Source: Patescibacteria group bacterium
GTDB lineage: Bacteria; Patescibacteriota; Minisyncoccia; Phycocordibacterales; UBA2100
Assembly: GCA_038064835.1 (NCBI GenBank)
Contig: JBBTSD010000011.1
Coordinates: forward strand, 1,320 to 65,319
Direction of reading: 5' to 3'
DNA: 64,000 nt
The notes below the pieces were generated by a model that made no database searches, was not told where the DNA came from, and saw nothing but the letters and a program-made list of their open reading frames with translations. Below, in pieces: positions 37,701-46,390 of the stretch. Each line of letters starts with the position of its first letter. The stretch's first letter is position 1. Position numbers and translations under genes: made by a program.

Positions 37701-38004
37701 TCGAGCAAGGAAAGAAGCCGTCAAACCCGTCTCTGCACGAACCGCACCTGAGCGCACGCGCAGTATGGCTCCCACATCCGAAACGCCGGCAACCAGCGAT
37801 CAGCTTGCACGCGCACTTGAGCGTAGCCGATTACAGGGCGATCTTAACCGACTCCAGCTCTCTGCCGCTGAACTCGCAGGACGCATCGTGCAAAACCCCG
37901 ATGACGAATCACTACGGACCGCACTCGATAACCTCATCGGCCAAATGGAAGATGTGGAGCAGAAAATTGATGCAGTATTAACAACGCCCGCGGACCAAAT
38001 ATAG
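34789..38004 (+). CDS. Large hypothetical protein (1071 aa) with C-terminal coiled coils
   Basis: Long uninterrupted ORF; no recognisable catalytic motif. Confidence 0.85.
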   Translation: MPESRPSFTARSEHRDKLFVGGAFDAEGKLTPFEVDGSTYYAGDLMSPMASICNLFRDAKLDRATTPLASGPNFDTALTDQLKEKREEIERIHFPLFKRAIEHWFGPEAAEEITLEGVYKAFRFVAEGGRTPQLFSDSLVRITDMPVLGTPADLRNAADIIANSRELERLVAIINETNGDPFTTGKSRTVAERDLLPPVLTEIENLLKQRKAIPADAVLWGNKAPSLKALTDLLNGARDTAGSGLTAVTERILQKTYPAVAPGEKSVNLRTLLLTKFGRYELMPDSLVLPLEATQRFYQGRIFKEPDALVLDGTFKRAGRSGDWDTIGKPLSRIMVLTSKQYGELLDEDDAAAKPEARQAELAGEVETLRNKMGQLLQFIPIKVGDRNLDPADTLAQKDAIVSLLKNLSSESVLGAMKRAEARLKKKKGASEAPRTMQPDEAPEPADDFMKMQQLFTEELFTELKSDDGKSFMDIVTAITGGRVTKFYVAGAWRDGDLARDLEAADLEYDVGPKRLAVDGFVNTIPGIVRENLSDLCTECTPEELGAVRLAGLAVHELAIGLRMERQKVDNVRAEDTANLVGEEYPDAFRKLFAYKLMRPPRPSLVIPDRLTDDNGEYTETEEAHRARVAQAIEDQGQAYERMLADFRQQQRATVFDHLRKLVRVMDEPAKNLGGIFVGTLNTNRILPRPPKGKTLRDLIKAKIDEIRVRAPDAEAETPVERPSYQVFDFDAKPGKWMQPPTETIEQIESLENKIESVMIRMQEFQRKAFEIQSRIASGIDLALAGKAFEVLDSEFATYIRSDINDIYGSGGNPLKGTDSTLQHFRNAKLGSLVNRATRHLLDQFDLMASGRDEIQDRIDKTRDMLSQGLLRERRAALQRVLIDSGADKPKHVLEEIQDIDSRMQAHRRADRLSKEAAKIFENLRRLKVEHALLLRTQTEGREVSSDEILAIKTQVDRAENVLQEKRDAAIRARKEAVKPVSARTAPERTRSMAPTSETPATSDQLARALERSRLQGDLNRLQLSAAELAGRIVQNPDDESLRTALDNLIGQMEDVEQKIDAVLTTPADQI

Positions 38005-38006
38005 CT

Positions 38007-38786
38007 ATGAAACCTTCCGAAAAATGGCGAGCATTGGCCGAATCTCTTCCTCGAAGCGGTTCTGCCTCTGCACCCACCGTGGCACCTATTAGCGATGGTG
38101 CCGTCAGCGCTCTTGAGGCTCGCGTTGCCGAATTGAACAATCGGTTAAGAACCCAGGAACAAGAACTTGTCACTGCAAACGATATGGCCCTTGCAAGCGT
38201 CACTGATGAAATGAACCAGCGGCTTGGCGCGCTTACCAAACAATTGGAAGATGCGCGTCGTGACTTGGCAGAAGCGGAACTGGCACGAGACCGAGCAAAT
38301 ACTGCTCTTGATACCGAAAACAAGCCGAATATGTCTGCTGCACCCGCGCCCGCTCTTGTTGCGGCAGGGGCCAGGATTGCCAGCCTTGAGGCAGATCTTG
38401 CGGAGGCAAAAAAGGCACCTACACCATCAGCAATGCCCTCCACAGGGGAAGACCCACGCGTCGCAGACCTTTTGGACCAACTAAGTCGAAACGAAAAGTT
38501 GCGCGAAGAACAGGCAGAGGTTATTGGTCGCATGTACACTGAAATTGATGGCCTTCGGGGAGAAAACGAGCTTGCCCAAGAAATTCTTTCAGTTGTCTTG
38601 TATGAAAGCATGCAGAGTATCGCCAATCGCCTGCCCACACTCGTCCAAGAGCTTCGTGCAAAACCTGATCAAACAATTACCCCTGCCGACATCTTGCGTC
38701 TCCTGATGGCTGATCCAAAGCTTTCCGAAGAGCGCAAGGATGTGGTCCGAGCAGTGTTCACAGAAAACGGCAGTCCGATTATTTAA
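38007..38786 (+). CDS. Coiled-coil hypothetical protein
   Basis: 259 aa, heptad-rich; starts 2 nt after the previous stop. Confidence 0.8.
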   Translation: MKPSEKWRALAESLPRSGSASAPTVAPISDGAVSALEARVAELNNRLRTQEQELVTANDMALASVTDEMNQRLGALTKQLEDARRDLAEAELARDRANTALDTENKPNMSAAPAPALVAAGARIASLEADLAEAKKAPTPSAMPSTGEDPRVADLLDQLSRNEKLREEQAEVIGRMYTEIDGLRGENELAQEILSVVLYESMQSIANRLPTLVQELRAKPDQTITPADILRLLMADPKLSEERKDVVRAVFTENGSPII

Positions 38787-38802
38787 TAGTTTTTGATTAC
38801 TT

Positions 38803-41800
38803 ATGGCTAAAGAATCTTGGGCCAAGGCGTTGCGTGCATTCAGGAAGGGTGTTGACCCGGCCGACCCTCTGTCTGCCCCAACCTCATCAAGCCCTGATCC
38901 TGCCGTAGTTCCTCCTGACACCGCTCTCCCATCATCTACCTCCGCTTCAGCTCCAGATACAACGATAGTTCAGAAACCGCTCCAGCCCGAAGCCGAACTC
39001 GACGCAATCGCCAAGGACCTAAGTCCCGAGACAGTCCGAGACTACCTCCAGGACATAGCTGGAGACATGGCCCAACTCGAGACAAAGGGGGGCGGAAAAT
39101 CTGACTGGCAAGCAATGGTCACTGATATCACTAAGGAGCTTGATGTAGTAAATGACGACATCCAGGCCCTTGACGACGCCGCTGCAAAAATCCCCGCACC
39201 GCTTGCACCGACCGATCCTTCATACTCCCCTGTAATTTCACCGGAGGCAAAGAGAATCGCCGACTTGCGCACCAGCGCAACCGATCTTGCCGCTACTCTT
39301 GAGCGCTTACAAAACGAAGCTATCGAGGCTCGCGATAAAGCTCCTGACGCGCCACTTGCACCAATCACATCCACCACCGCCTTAGGAGCAGGCACCGCCG
39401 CTCAGACACCTGGTGCCGTTCCGCAAGCTCCAGCAACTATCAGTGCACCCCCCGCTAATCATTTGGGAGACTTTAGTAGTGAGGCACTCGAGACGGTAGA
39501 TGGTTCATCCGTTCCTGTGGGAACCTTGTATGATCAATACTCCGACTGGGCCACTGCGAAAGGATGGCAGCCTGTCCCTCGAGAAGAATTTGAAAAGGGC
39601 GTAAATTTCCCTTCAGCAAAAGTGGGGGGACGACAGCGTTTCATGGGGGCTCAAGTAAAAGCTGGCTTTAATCCTGCCTCTAGCCCCGCTGTTTCAATTT
39701 CCGCACAGGGATCCACACCAGCATCCAGTGGTCCTGGCGTAACCATAGGCATTCCCGCTTCTGCGCCCGCAAGCACCGGTCCTGCCGTTATGATAAACAG
39801 GATTCCCACTACTCCCGGCCCAACCCCCACACCAATCACTATCAATGTCCGTGGCGCACCCACCGGTACCGGCGAAGCATTTATGCGCAACCAAGACTGG
39901 GAGAAACAATTGCAAGATATGGAAGCGATGCCCACACCTCTTGCTCTCGATGGCACAGCTAAGTCGGCACCGCTTCCCGGTCAGCCCGTCGCCGGTGCCC
40001 CTGTCGTGGTTTCTGTTGCCGGAGCTATAAGTGAGCGAGCCTATGCAGGCGCCTTGGCGCGATTCAAAGACCCTCAATTTGTTAAAGCACTTGGAGATAA
40101 GCTGGCAGACGATGTGAAGGGTGGGCAAAAAGGACTCAAGCGAATCCAGGCTACCGTGACTGGACTCAATAAATCTCTGGGGAAACTCTCACCTGATGTC
40201 TGCACTGCTCGCTACGAAGAATTTGCACAAGCCATGGTAGAAGGAAAAGGTCTAACCGAACTTTTGGCAAAGGGAAACGAATATGCAGTTGCCGCAAGCG
40301 CGCTTGCTGCCGACGATTTGGTGGGTGGCCTCGGCGAGTTGTCCGAAGCAATTGCAGACACAAAATTCCCCGATTCACCCGATATTTATGCTCGAGAAAA
40401 AGCGCCAGTTGCAGGTGCAATACAAAAAAGCGTCCGTGGTGTCATGGGTCTCGATATAGCTTTCGCCCTTATCGCCGCAAGCACTGGCTTTAGTGGTGGA
40501 CAAAAGACTGCAGGAGCTCTGGTTGCCAAACTACCCGACACTGTCCGGGCCTCAATCTTACAAATGCTCGAGAACCCTCTTTTTAGCGGAGGTCAGACAC
40601 TCGAAATGATTTTGAAAGGTATGGTTGGTGCCGCGGCTTTCGTTATTGCCCGCGGCATAGTCACCGGCAAAGACACCATGCGTGACATGGCCGTACAACG
40701 ACCTGGCGAAAATGCGCTCGCTGCCGCATTTCGCAATGATCCATCTGCCATGACACGAGCCGTTATGGCAACTTTGGTCGCAGCAACTTTTGCTGGTCAT
40801 GGGTTTAACTACGCCATCGTTGGGGCACAAGTGATGTCAACCTATGCAACTGAGGCGCTGTCCACGCTTGCTCCTGAATTTGCATCAATTGAGACTGCCC
40901 GCCAAACCGTTGCCGCAGTCCCGGGAAATATCGACGCTTTTTTCCGCGCTTATATTTCTGCTGAAAAGAATGGTGTTGCCAAGATAGCAACAGAGCTCAC
41001 TGCTGAGCAACAGGCCCTTGTGAAACAGATGGGTTGGACTTTCTCGCCCACCGCTGCTGGGGACGGACCTATTACAGCCGCGAAGCGCTATGCACTATTT
41101 CGCGCAGTCACGCCTAAATTACGCCCCGCAGACAAGGCGGCCATAGACGCCAAGCTTGCAGAATTTGGTGTCCCTGAGGGACAAGGGTTCGCACAGTTCG
41201 CCTCGGCGCTTGCCACTGTAAGACTCGGGACAACTACCAAGTCTCTTGATGCGACAAAAGGAAGCCTTGAGGCACAGATCGCAAGCCTCAGTACCACTGG
41301 CCCTGTTGCCCACTTCTTGTACGAGCTTTTCCCGCCTACTGCACAGTCGGGACAGGAAGTACCAAATCTTCTCACCACACTCGCGTCTAGCAAAGCCGCC
41401 TTTGCCGCCTCGTACAAAACATTTACCACCGAGACTTGGAACACCGAAGTCCAACAGCGGTTTGGCGATCTTATGGCTTCGTTTGGATCCCGCGCCGACA
41501 ATCTCGACATGAAATTTGGTGCCATTGCGCTCGGTGCTTCAAAAATCCCCGCCCCTCCAGTAATCAGTGCCGTGCCATTCCTCTATTCTGATGCAGAATA
41601 CGCGATTCTAGGTAAGGCACTTGGCGTTGACCTTACTGACACCGGCAGGCGCTCTCTGTGGAACGGAAGCATCGCATTACTCTATGGATTGACCGATGTT
41701 GCCACTGTCTACCCTTCCATACGCTACACGCGCAGACGCCAACAGTACCTTCGTGAAAAAATGCCAGGCTACAGGAAAGCCATGGAGGAAAGCGAAGACG

Positions 41801-43515
41801 ATTTGGCCGAAATGCTCGAGCAGTATGTAAACAACAATGTGAATGCAAGCGCGCGCATTATTGCAGGTGTCGATTTGACTCCGATTTCACTTGCCACGAT
41901 TCGTACTCGTCTGCATGAGAAGGCGTGCTCAGAAGTCACCGCTTTGAAAGCAAAAGAACAATTAGCAGGAATCAGGAACCTCCCTACACGAACACTTCTT
42001 TCATGGCGCCGGATTTTGCAAATGCCACTCGGCGAAGATGTGGAAGAACGCCTTGCATACCAGGACTGGATTGAAGCTGAGATTGAAAAGATTAAAAAAG
42101 ATCCCGCTTACTTGGCCACTCTCCTGAGTGACATAGAACCTGGTTTCAAACCGCTATTCACCCTTGCGCAAACTATAAACAAAGACCCTCGCAAAATTGG
42201 TGAGATGTCGGCCGAATACACTCAGGGAGTACGCAAGCAGATTGATGCACTCAATCGTCGCGTAATGCGAGCCGAGCGGACAGCGCTCATGACCGAGACT
42301 GCTCTTTACGATCAGTTACTTCGCCGTGTCTATGCACAGCCGTTCACCAACGAGACACTCAAACAGTTTTCCGAAAACCCCATCGCCATTCCTATGGATG
42401 GAAAGAGCGAGGTTGCCATCACCAACAACGAAGTAGCCTTTTATGTCGCATCCGAAATAGAACGACGACGGCGACACGCACTGAATCGCCTTGTCGCCAT
42501 CGCTCGCAAGGAAGAAAGTGTGGCACGCAAGGACTGGGCCGTAAATGCTGGTAACCCTGCATACACCGAGGCATTTCGTGGCACGACATCAGTACAGCCA
42601 CAAGGACTCCTTGACCGAGCACGGGCTGAAATCGGAGATGCCGATGCTAATATGATTGCCGACATTGAATCTGAAGTACGCCGTGCGTTGTTTGGCCGTG
42701 AAGCAATCGACCCTGATCGCCTTTCTGCCCAAATGACCTTAGTAAACCAAACCGCTGTGGCGTTCATCAATCAAACAGCCAATGCAGCAGGACCTGAAAA
42801 TCCACTGCGCAGAAGCACAAAGAGCTACGAAGCAGTCACCGCCTACGAGCACGAAGATCCGTATGGCCGCCCAATTCTACAAGTACACTTGTATGATCCT
42901 GGTACCCAAGCTCCTGCCGCCACAATACTCTATCCGGGATATCTACCCTTTGTTGCAGAAAAGCCCGAGGACGATGCAAAGATGACTGAACTACTATCGA
43001 CCCATATTGCCGAATGGTACCAGAATGCCGCCCAATACGAGCTTTCTGCACATGCGCTCACCTACGAAACCGGGCTCGCCATTCGCGATACTACCGATCA
43101 AATAAAGGCCATGGGTGCAACCAAGTGGCCAGATATGCGAGTACCAATTGCTGGAAAATCCGATGTGGTGACGCCAGAGGCGACGACTTTGTTTGCACGA
43201 TTAAACCTCTTGAACGAACTCTTTGAACGACGCACCCGAGCGCTTGGGGCAATTACACGAACCACACCAATTACCCCGCAACAGCTCATCGCCTTTGCAG
43301 AAGAACAATTGGTAGTCATCGGTGGTAGCACTGTCCCAGAGACCGCAACGCGTATCGCGACCGTACTTAATGGTATCCGTACCGAGCTCAATACCCGAGG
43401 AAGAAACGATGCCGTCACCTATGACGCATTGACAGGGGTTGTCCGCGTTGGGGCCCAAGAGACACCGGTGCAATCAATTGCAACTCCACGAGATTTTGTT
43501 GAGAGTCTTGCGTAA
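38803..43515 (+). CDS. Giant membrane protein (1570 aa) with a winged-helix-like domain
   Basis: Long ORF with Pro/Ala/Thr linkers, several hydrophobic segments and a D5-type wHTH-like motif at 39463-39660. Confidence 0.85.
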   Translation: MAKESWAKALRAFRKGVDPADPLSAPTSSSPDPAVVPPDTALPSSTSASAPDTTIVQKPLQPEAELDAIAKDLSPETVRDYLQDIAGDMAQLETKGGGKSDWQAMVTDITKELDVVNDDIQALDDAAAKIPAPLAPTDPSYSPVISPEAKRIADLRTSATDLAATLERLQNEAIEARDKAPDAPLAPITSTTALGAGTAAQTPGAVPQAPATISAPPANHLGDFSSEALETVDGSSVPVGTLYDQYSDWATAKGWQPVPREEFEKGVNFPSAKVGGRQRFMGAQVKAGFNPASSPAVSISAQGSTPASSGPGVTIGIPASAPASTGPAVMINRIPTTPGPTPTPITINVRGAPTGTGEAFMRNQDWEKQLQDMEAMPTPLALDGTAKSAPLPGQPVAGAPVVVSVAGAISERAYAGALARFKDPQFVKALGDKLADDVKGGQKGLKRIQATVTGLNKSLGKLSPDVCTARYEEFAQAMVEGKGLTELLAKGNEYAVAASALAADDLVGGLGELSEAIADTKFPDSPDIYAREKAPVAGAIQKSVRGVMGLDIAFALIAASTGFSGGQKTAGALVAKLPDTVRASILQMLENPLFSGGQTLEMILKGMVGAAAFVIARGIVTGKDTMRDMAVQRPGENALAAAFRNDPSAMTRAVMATLVAATFAGHGFNYAIVGAQVMSTYATEALSTLAPEFASIETARQTVAAVPGNIDAFFRAYISAEKNGVAKIATELTAEQQALVKQMGWTFSPTAAGDGPITAAKRYALFRAVTPKLRPADKAAIDAKLAEFGVPEGQGFAQFASALATVRLGTTTKSLDATKGSLEAQIASLSTTGPVAHFLYELFPPTAQSGQEVPNLLTTLASSKAAFAASYKTFTTETWNTEVQQRFGDLMASFGSRADNLDMKFGAIALGASKIPAPPVISAVPFLYSDAEYAILGKALGVDLTDTGRRSLWNGSIALLYGLTDVATVYPSIRYTRRRQQYLREKMPGYRKAMEESEDDLAEMLEQYVNNNVNASARIIAGVDLTPISLATIRTRLHEKACSEVTALKAKEQLAGIRNLPTRTLLSWRRILQMPLGEDVEERLAYQDWIEAEIEKIKKDPAYLATLLSDIEPGFKPLFTLAQTINKDPRKIGEMSAEYTQGVRKQIDALNRRVMRAERTALMTETALYDQLLRRVYAQPFTNETLKQFSENPIAIPMDGKSEVAITNNEVAFYVASEIERRRRHALNRLVAIARKEESVARKDWAVNAGNPAYTEAFRGTTSVQPQGLLDRARAEIGDADANMIADIESEVRRALFGREAIDPDRLSAQMTLVNQTAVAFINQTANAAGPENPLRRSTKSYEAVTAYEHEDPYGRPILQVHLYDPGTQAPAATILYPGYLPFVAEKPEDDAKMTELLSTHIAEWYQNAAQYELSAHALTYETGLAIRDTTDQIKAMGATKWPDMRVPIAGKSDVVTPEATTLFARLNLLNELFERRTRALGAITRTTPITPQQLIAFAEEQLVVIGGSTVPETATRIATVLNGIRTELNTRGRNDAVTYDALTGVVRVGAQETPVQSIATPRDFVESLA

Positions 43516-43560
43516 TTTGCTGCCAAGAAAAACGAATGGCCTCCACAGGAGGAGGCCGAG

Positions 43561-43836
43561 TTATAGAAAAAGATGGTGGAGAAGCTGTACTACCGCTACC
43601 ACGGCAAGTGTTCCTAAAAGGGCTAACCCTGCCCAAAGGAAAACGCCGGCGAAAAGGGAAATCGGACCCATTACCAGAGCCTCTTTGTATTTTTTTGGCA
43701 ACAGGATAACAGTAACAACGATACTCACTAGTGCCAAGCCTATACCAAGCGTCCACATGGGTTTCTCCACCACGAAGAGAGAACTTTTTTCTAAAGGAAC
43801 TATACCACTAGTTGGCACAAGTGCAACTACCACCAA
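43561..43836 (-). CDS. Small membrane protein
   Basis: Hydrophobic 91-aa ORF directly after rnc. Confidence 0.5.
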   Translation of the reverse strand: MVVVALVPTSGIVPLEKSSLFVVEKPMWTLGIGLALVSIVVTVILLPKKYKEALVMGPISLFAGVFLWAGLALLGTLAVVAVVQLLHHLFL

Positions 43837-43837
43837 A

Positions 43838-44521
43838 CTACCACCCCTTCACTTTGAGCGCGCGTTCGGCCGCAGATTGTTCGGCTTCTTGTTTTGACTT
43901 CCCTGTTCCTTCGGCTACTTTTTCGCTCGAGATAAAAACGCCCGCAGTGAAATATTTATCATGATCCGGGCCCTCTTCGTCTACCAATTCATAGTGTGGT
44001 GTGACTCCATGTCGCTCTTGAACCAGCTCCTGAAAGCGACTTTTCGCATCTTGCCAGAGGCGCCCCTCTACAACAGCGTCGGTCTTGCCAAATAATGCCT
44101 GAGCGATAAATTTCTTTGCCGCATTGTATCCTTGATCCATGTACAATGCGCCGATAAACGCCTCGAATGTATTGGCAAGGATAAACTGGCGCGCGCGCCC
44201 TGTGTCTTTTGACTCACCTTTGGAGAGAAGTAGGTGTGTGTTCATGTCGAGTTCCTGTGCGGCCTCGGAGATACTGTTGGTGTTCACCAGCGCCGCGCGA
44301 TACGAAGTAAGCTCGCCCTCGGGCCTGTCGGGATATTTTTCATAGAGAAACTCCGATACGACGAGCTCGAGCACAGCATCACCTAAAAATTCAAGGCGTT
44401 CGTTGTGCTCGCCCATACCTTTGTGTTCATTAAGATAGGACCGGTGTGTGAATGCTTGGCGCAAAAGCGCTTTGTTGTTGAATACAAACCCTGTCTTTGT
44501 CTCAAAATGTTCTAATTCCAT
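43838..44521 (-). CDS. rnc: Ribonuclease III
   Basis: HNERLEFLGDAVL signature and dsRBD (GPDHDK.F..G.GKSKQEAEQ.AA). Confidence 0.98.
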   Translation of the reverse strand: MELEHFETKTGFVFNNKALLRQAFTHRSYLNEHKGMGEHNERLEFLGDAVLELVVSEFLYEKYPDRPEGELTSYRAALVNTNSISEAAQELDMNTHLLLSKGESKDTGRARQFILANTFEAFIGALYMDQGYNAAKKFIAQALFGKTDAVVEGRLWQDAKSRFQELVQERHGVTPHYELVDEEGPDHDKYFTAGVFISSEKVAEGTGKSKQEAEQSAAERALKVKGW

Positions 44522-44524
44522 AAA

Positions 44525-44758
44525 TTATTTACGTAACAAATCAAGAAACTGATTTGGCGTGAGTTTAGCTTGCTTAAGAATACTTGCCAATACCTTTCTG
44601 GTAACATCCTTGCTGTGCCGTGCCACCGTCACCAGAATTGTAGGGTCTGAACCGTGCTTTAGTTGCGCATGACTCCCCACTTGTCGAACTACATAATACC
44701 CTCCACGCAAAAGTGCTCGCAAAATCTTCGCCGCAGTGAGAACTGGCAAAAGACTCAT
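44525..44758 (-). CDS. hicA: HicA-family toxin
   Basis: LL..GY..VRQ.GSH..L.H.......V..H...L.SILKQA.L. Confidence 0.88.
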   Translation of the reverse strand: MSLLPVLTAAKILRALLRGGYYVVRQVGSHAQLKHGSDPTILVTVARHSKDVTRKVLASILKQAKLTPNQFLDLLRK

Positions 44759-45033
44759 GCAAGGACGACCACTCCCGCACGCATCGGTCGCTTGTTTACA
44801 CCGAAAATTCGATTCATGTCATCAATAACGACTTTCCCGTCGTCAAAGGCTGCAAGGCACTGTAACTCAATGATTTCGCGTGCATACCGCTTGGCTTCAC
44901 CTAGCGTATCTGCGTTTGTTAGAATTCCAGGGAATGCCGGGGCGTGCACATGGTAGACTTTGTCCTTCTTACTATAGTCAGCAACGGCCCGAAACTCTCC
45001 GTACCGTGTTTTGACAAAAAATTTCTCCTTCAT
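44755..45033 (-). CDS. hicB: HicB-family antitoxin
   Basis: Y.V..P.FPG..T.ADTL.EA....EII; overlaps the hicA start (ATGA). Confidence 0.8.
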   Translation of the reverse strand: MKEKFFVKTRYGEFRAVADYSKKDKVYHVHAPAFPGILTNADTLGEAKRYAREIIELQCLAAFDDGKVVIDDMNRIFGVNKRPMRAGVVVLA

Positions 45034-45076
45034 AGGATGATAATAACGCACGAAAAAACTGCGGTCAAACGAGTTG

Positions 45077-45988
45077 CTATCCCCTCTTTTGTACCAAAAT
45101 ATTGATTGCACGAGTGACAACCGGCAAAATATCATCGTAAAAGTTGAGATCGCCTGCGGCCGCAAGTGGAAACCATTGGGCATCGTCTAACCCGCCTTCT
45201 TTTTTGAGAATAAGGTCATTGAATGGTACTTCCGCAAGGAAGTAGGTGGCGTGGCGAATCTTTTTTCCACCGTCCACTGCAGGATCATTGGCAATATATT
45301 CGTTTTCTCCGAGTTCGTCCTGAATTGCAATGACATCGAGACCCATTTCCTCTTTCACTTTGCGCCTCAAGCCATCTTCGTGGGTTTCTCCTGACTGCAA
45401 CTTCCCTTTGGAGAGAGTCCAGTGGCCAAAAATGTCATGCACGAGTGACAGATACACATTACCGCTATCTCGCGCATAAGTGACGGCACCCACCAATTCT
45501 TCGCGAGGCATTTTGTCTCGTGAAGGCTTCTTGGGGCGTTTGGGACCATCATTCTTGCCTGGTTCCCCCATCTCGATGTACACCGCACCCAAGACACCAT
45601 TTATGAACTTTCCGGAAGTGTCACTGCCAAAAGACTTACCTAATTCGATGGCCTCGTTGATGGCTACTTTTGACGGCACCTGCGCACGATCGGCAAACAA
45701 AAGCTCGGAAAGTCCGATGCGCAAAATATTACGGTCGATTTGCGCAATTTTATCAATCGGCCATTCCGGAGCAGCCTTTTCAATCACTGCGTCCAATTCG
45801 ATCCGTTTTGCAACAACAGTATTCATGAGATCTTTCATGAACCCCTCGTCACCTTTGGTGCCACCAAATTCAAGTGCGTTCGCGTCGAGGCGTTTTTTGA
45901 GTTCGGCTGAGGAGATGTTGTAGCCCGACGCATCCCACTCAAAGAGCGTTTGAAGAACAATGGACCGAGAAAGTCTGCGATTGGCCAT
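45077..45988 (-). CDS. nusB: NusB fused to a C-terminal NUDIX domain
   Basis: MANR.LSR, DRNILR, VAINEAIELGK.FG...KFINGVLG, then WTLSKG....GE......RKVKEEMG. Confidence 0.93.
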   Translation of the reverse strand: MANRRLSRSIVLQTLFEWDASGYNISSAELKKRLDANALEFGGTKGDEGFMKDLMNTVVAKRIELDAVIEKAAPEWPIDKIAQIDRNILRIGLSELLFADRAQVPSKVAINEAIELGKSFGSDTSGKFINGVLGAVYIEMGEPGKNDGPKRPKKPSRDKMPREELVGAVTYARDSGNVYLSLVHDIFGHWTLSKGKLQSGETHEDGLRRKVKEEMGLDVIAIQDELGENEYIANDPAVDGGKKIRHATYFLAEVPFNDLILKKEGGLDDAQWFPLAAAGDLNFYDDILPVVTRAINILVQKRG

Positions 45989-46016
45989 GATAGGTAGTAT
46001 ACCGTGCTTACGAATA

Positions 46017-46058
46017 GACAAGAGAAAGCGCGGGGATATCCCCGCGCTTTCTCTTGTC
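46017..46058. terminator. Long hairpin after rpmF
   Basis: GACAAGAGAAAGCGCGGGGA-TA-TCCCCGCGCTTTCTCTTGTC. Confidence 0.65.
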
Positions 46059-46349
46059 TCATTTCTTTGCAACCTTTGTTTCTTTCTTTGATTCCTCTTT
46101 GTCTGCGGCGGTCGCCTGACCTGATTCCTTGAGAGCTTTTTCCTTACGCTTGAGACGGCTTTGTGTGCGTTCAGTGCGGGCTACAATATCGATGACCTGA
46201 CGGCCACGGTACTTACCACAAGAATTGCACACCTGATGACGACGATGTTCTGCTCCGCATTCACACTTGGCAACAGCAGGGGCCACGAGCGCGTGGTGAC
46301 TGCGACGATTATTGCGGTGTGAGCGCGTTGAACGCATGCGTACTACCAT
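46059..46349 (-). CDS. rpmF: 50S ribosomal protein L32 with charged C-terminal extension
   Basis: R.NNRRSH.AL, C.CG..HRRH.VC..CG.YRGRQV. Confidence 0.93.
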   Translation of the reverse strand: MVVRMRSTRSHRNNRRSHHALVAPAVAKCECGAEHRRHQVCNSCGKYRGRQVIDIVARTERTQSRLKRKEKALKESGQATAADKEESKKETKVAKK

Positions 46350-46390
46350 AGTGGGGTAGTATACCATAACGAAAGAGGCCTGCAAGCTCG

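Noticed and set aside
42385-42410. Walker A-like AIPMDGKS in the 1570-aa protein (also GDPFTTGKS in the 1071-aa protein)
   Set aside because: There is no proper preceding beta strand or Walker B context, and the second has wrong spacing; likely chance matches.
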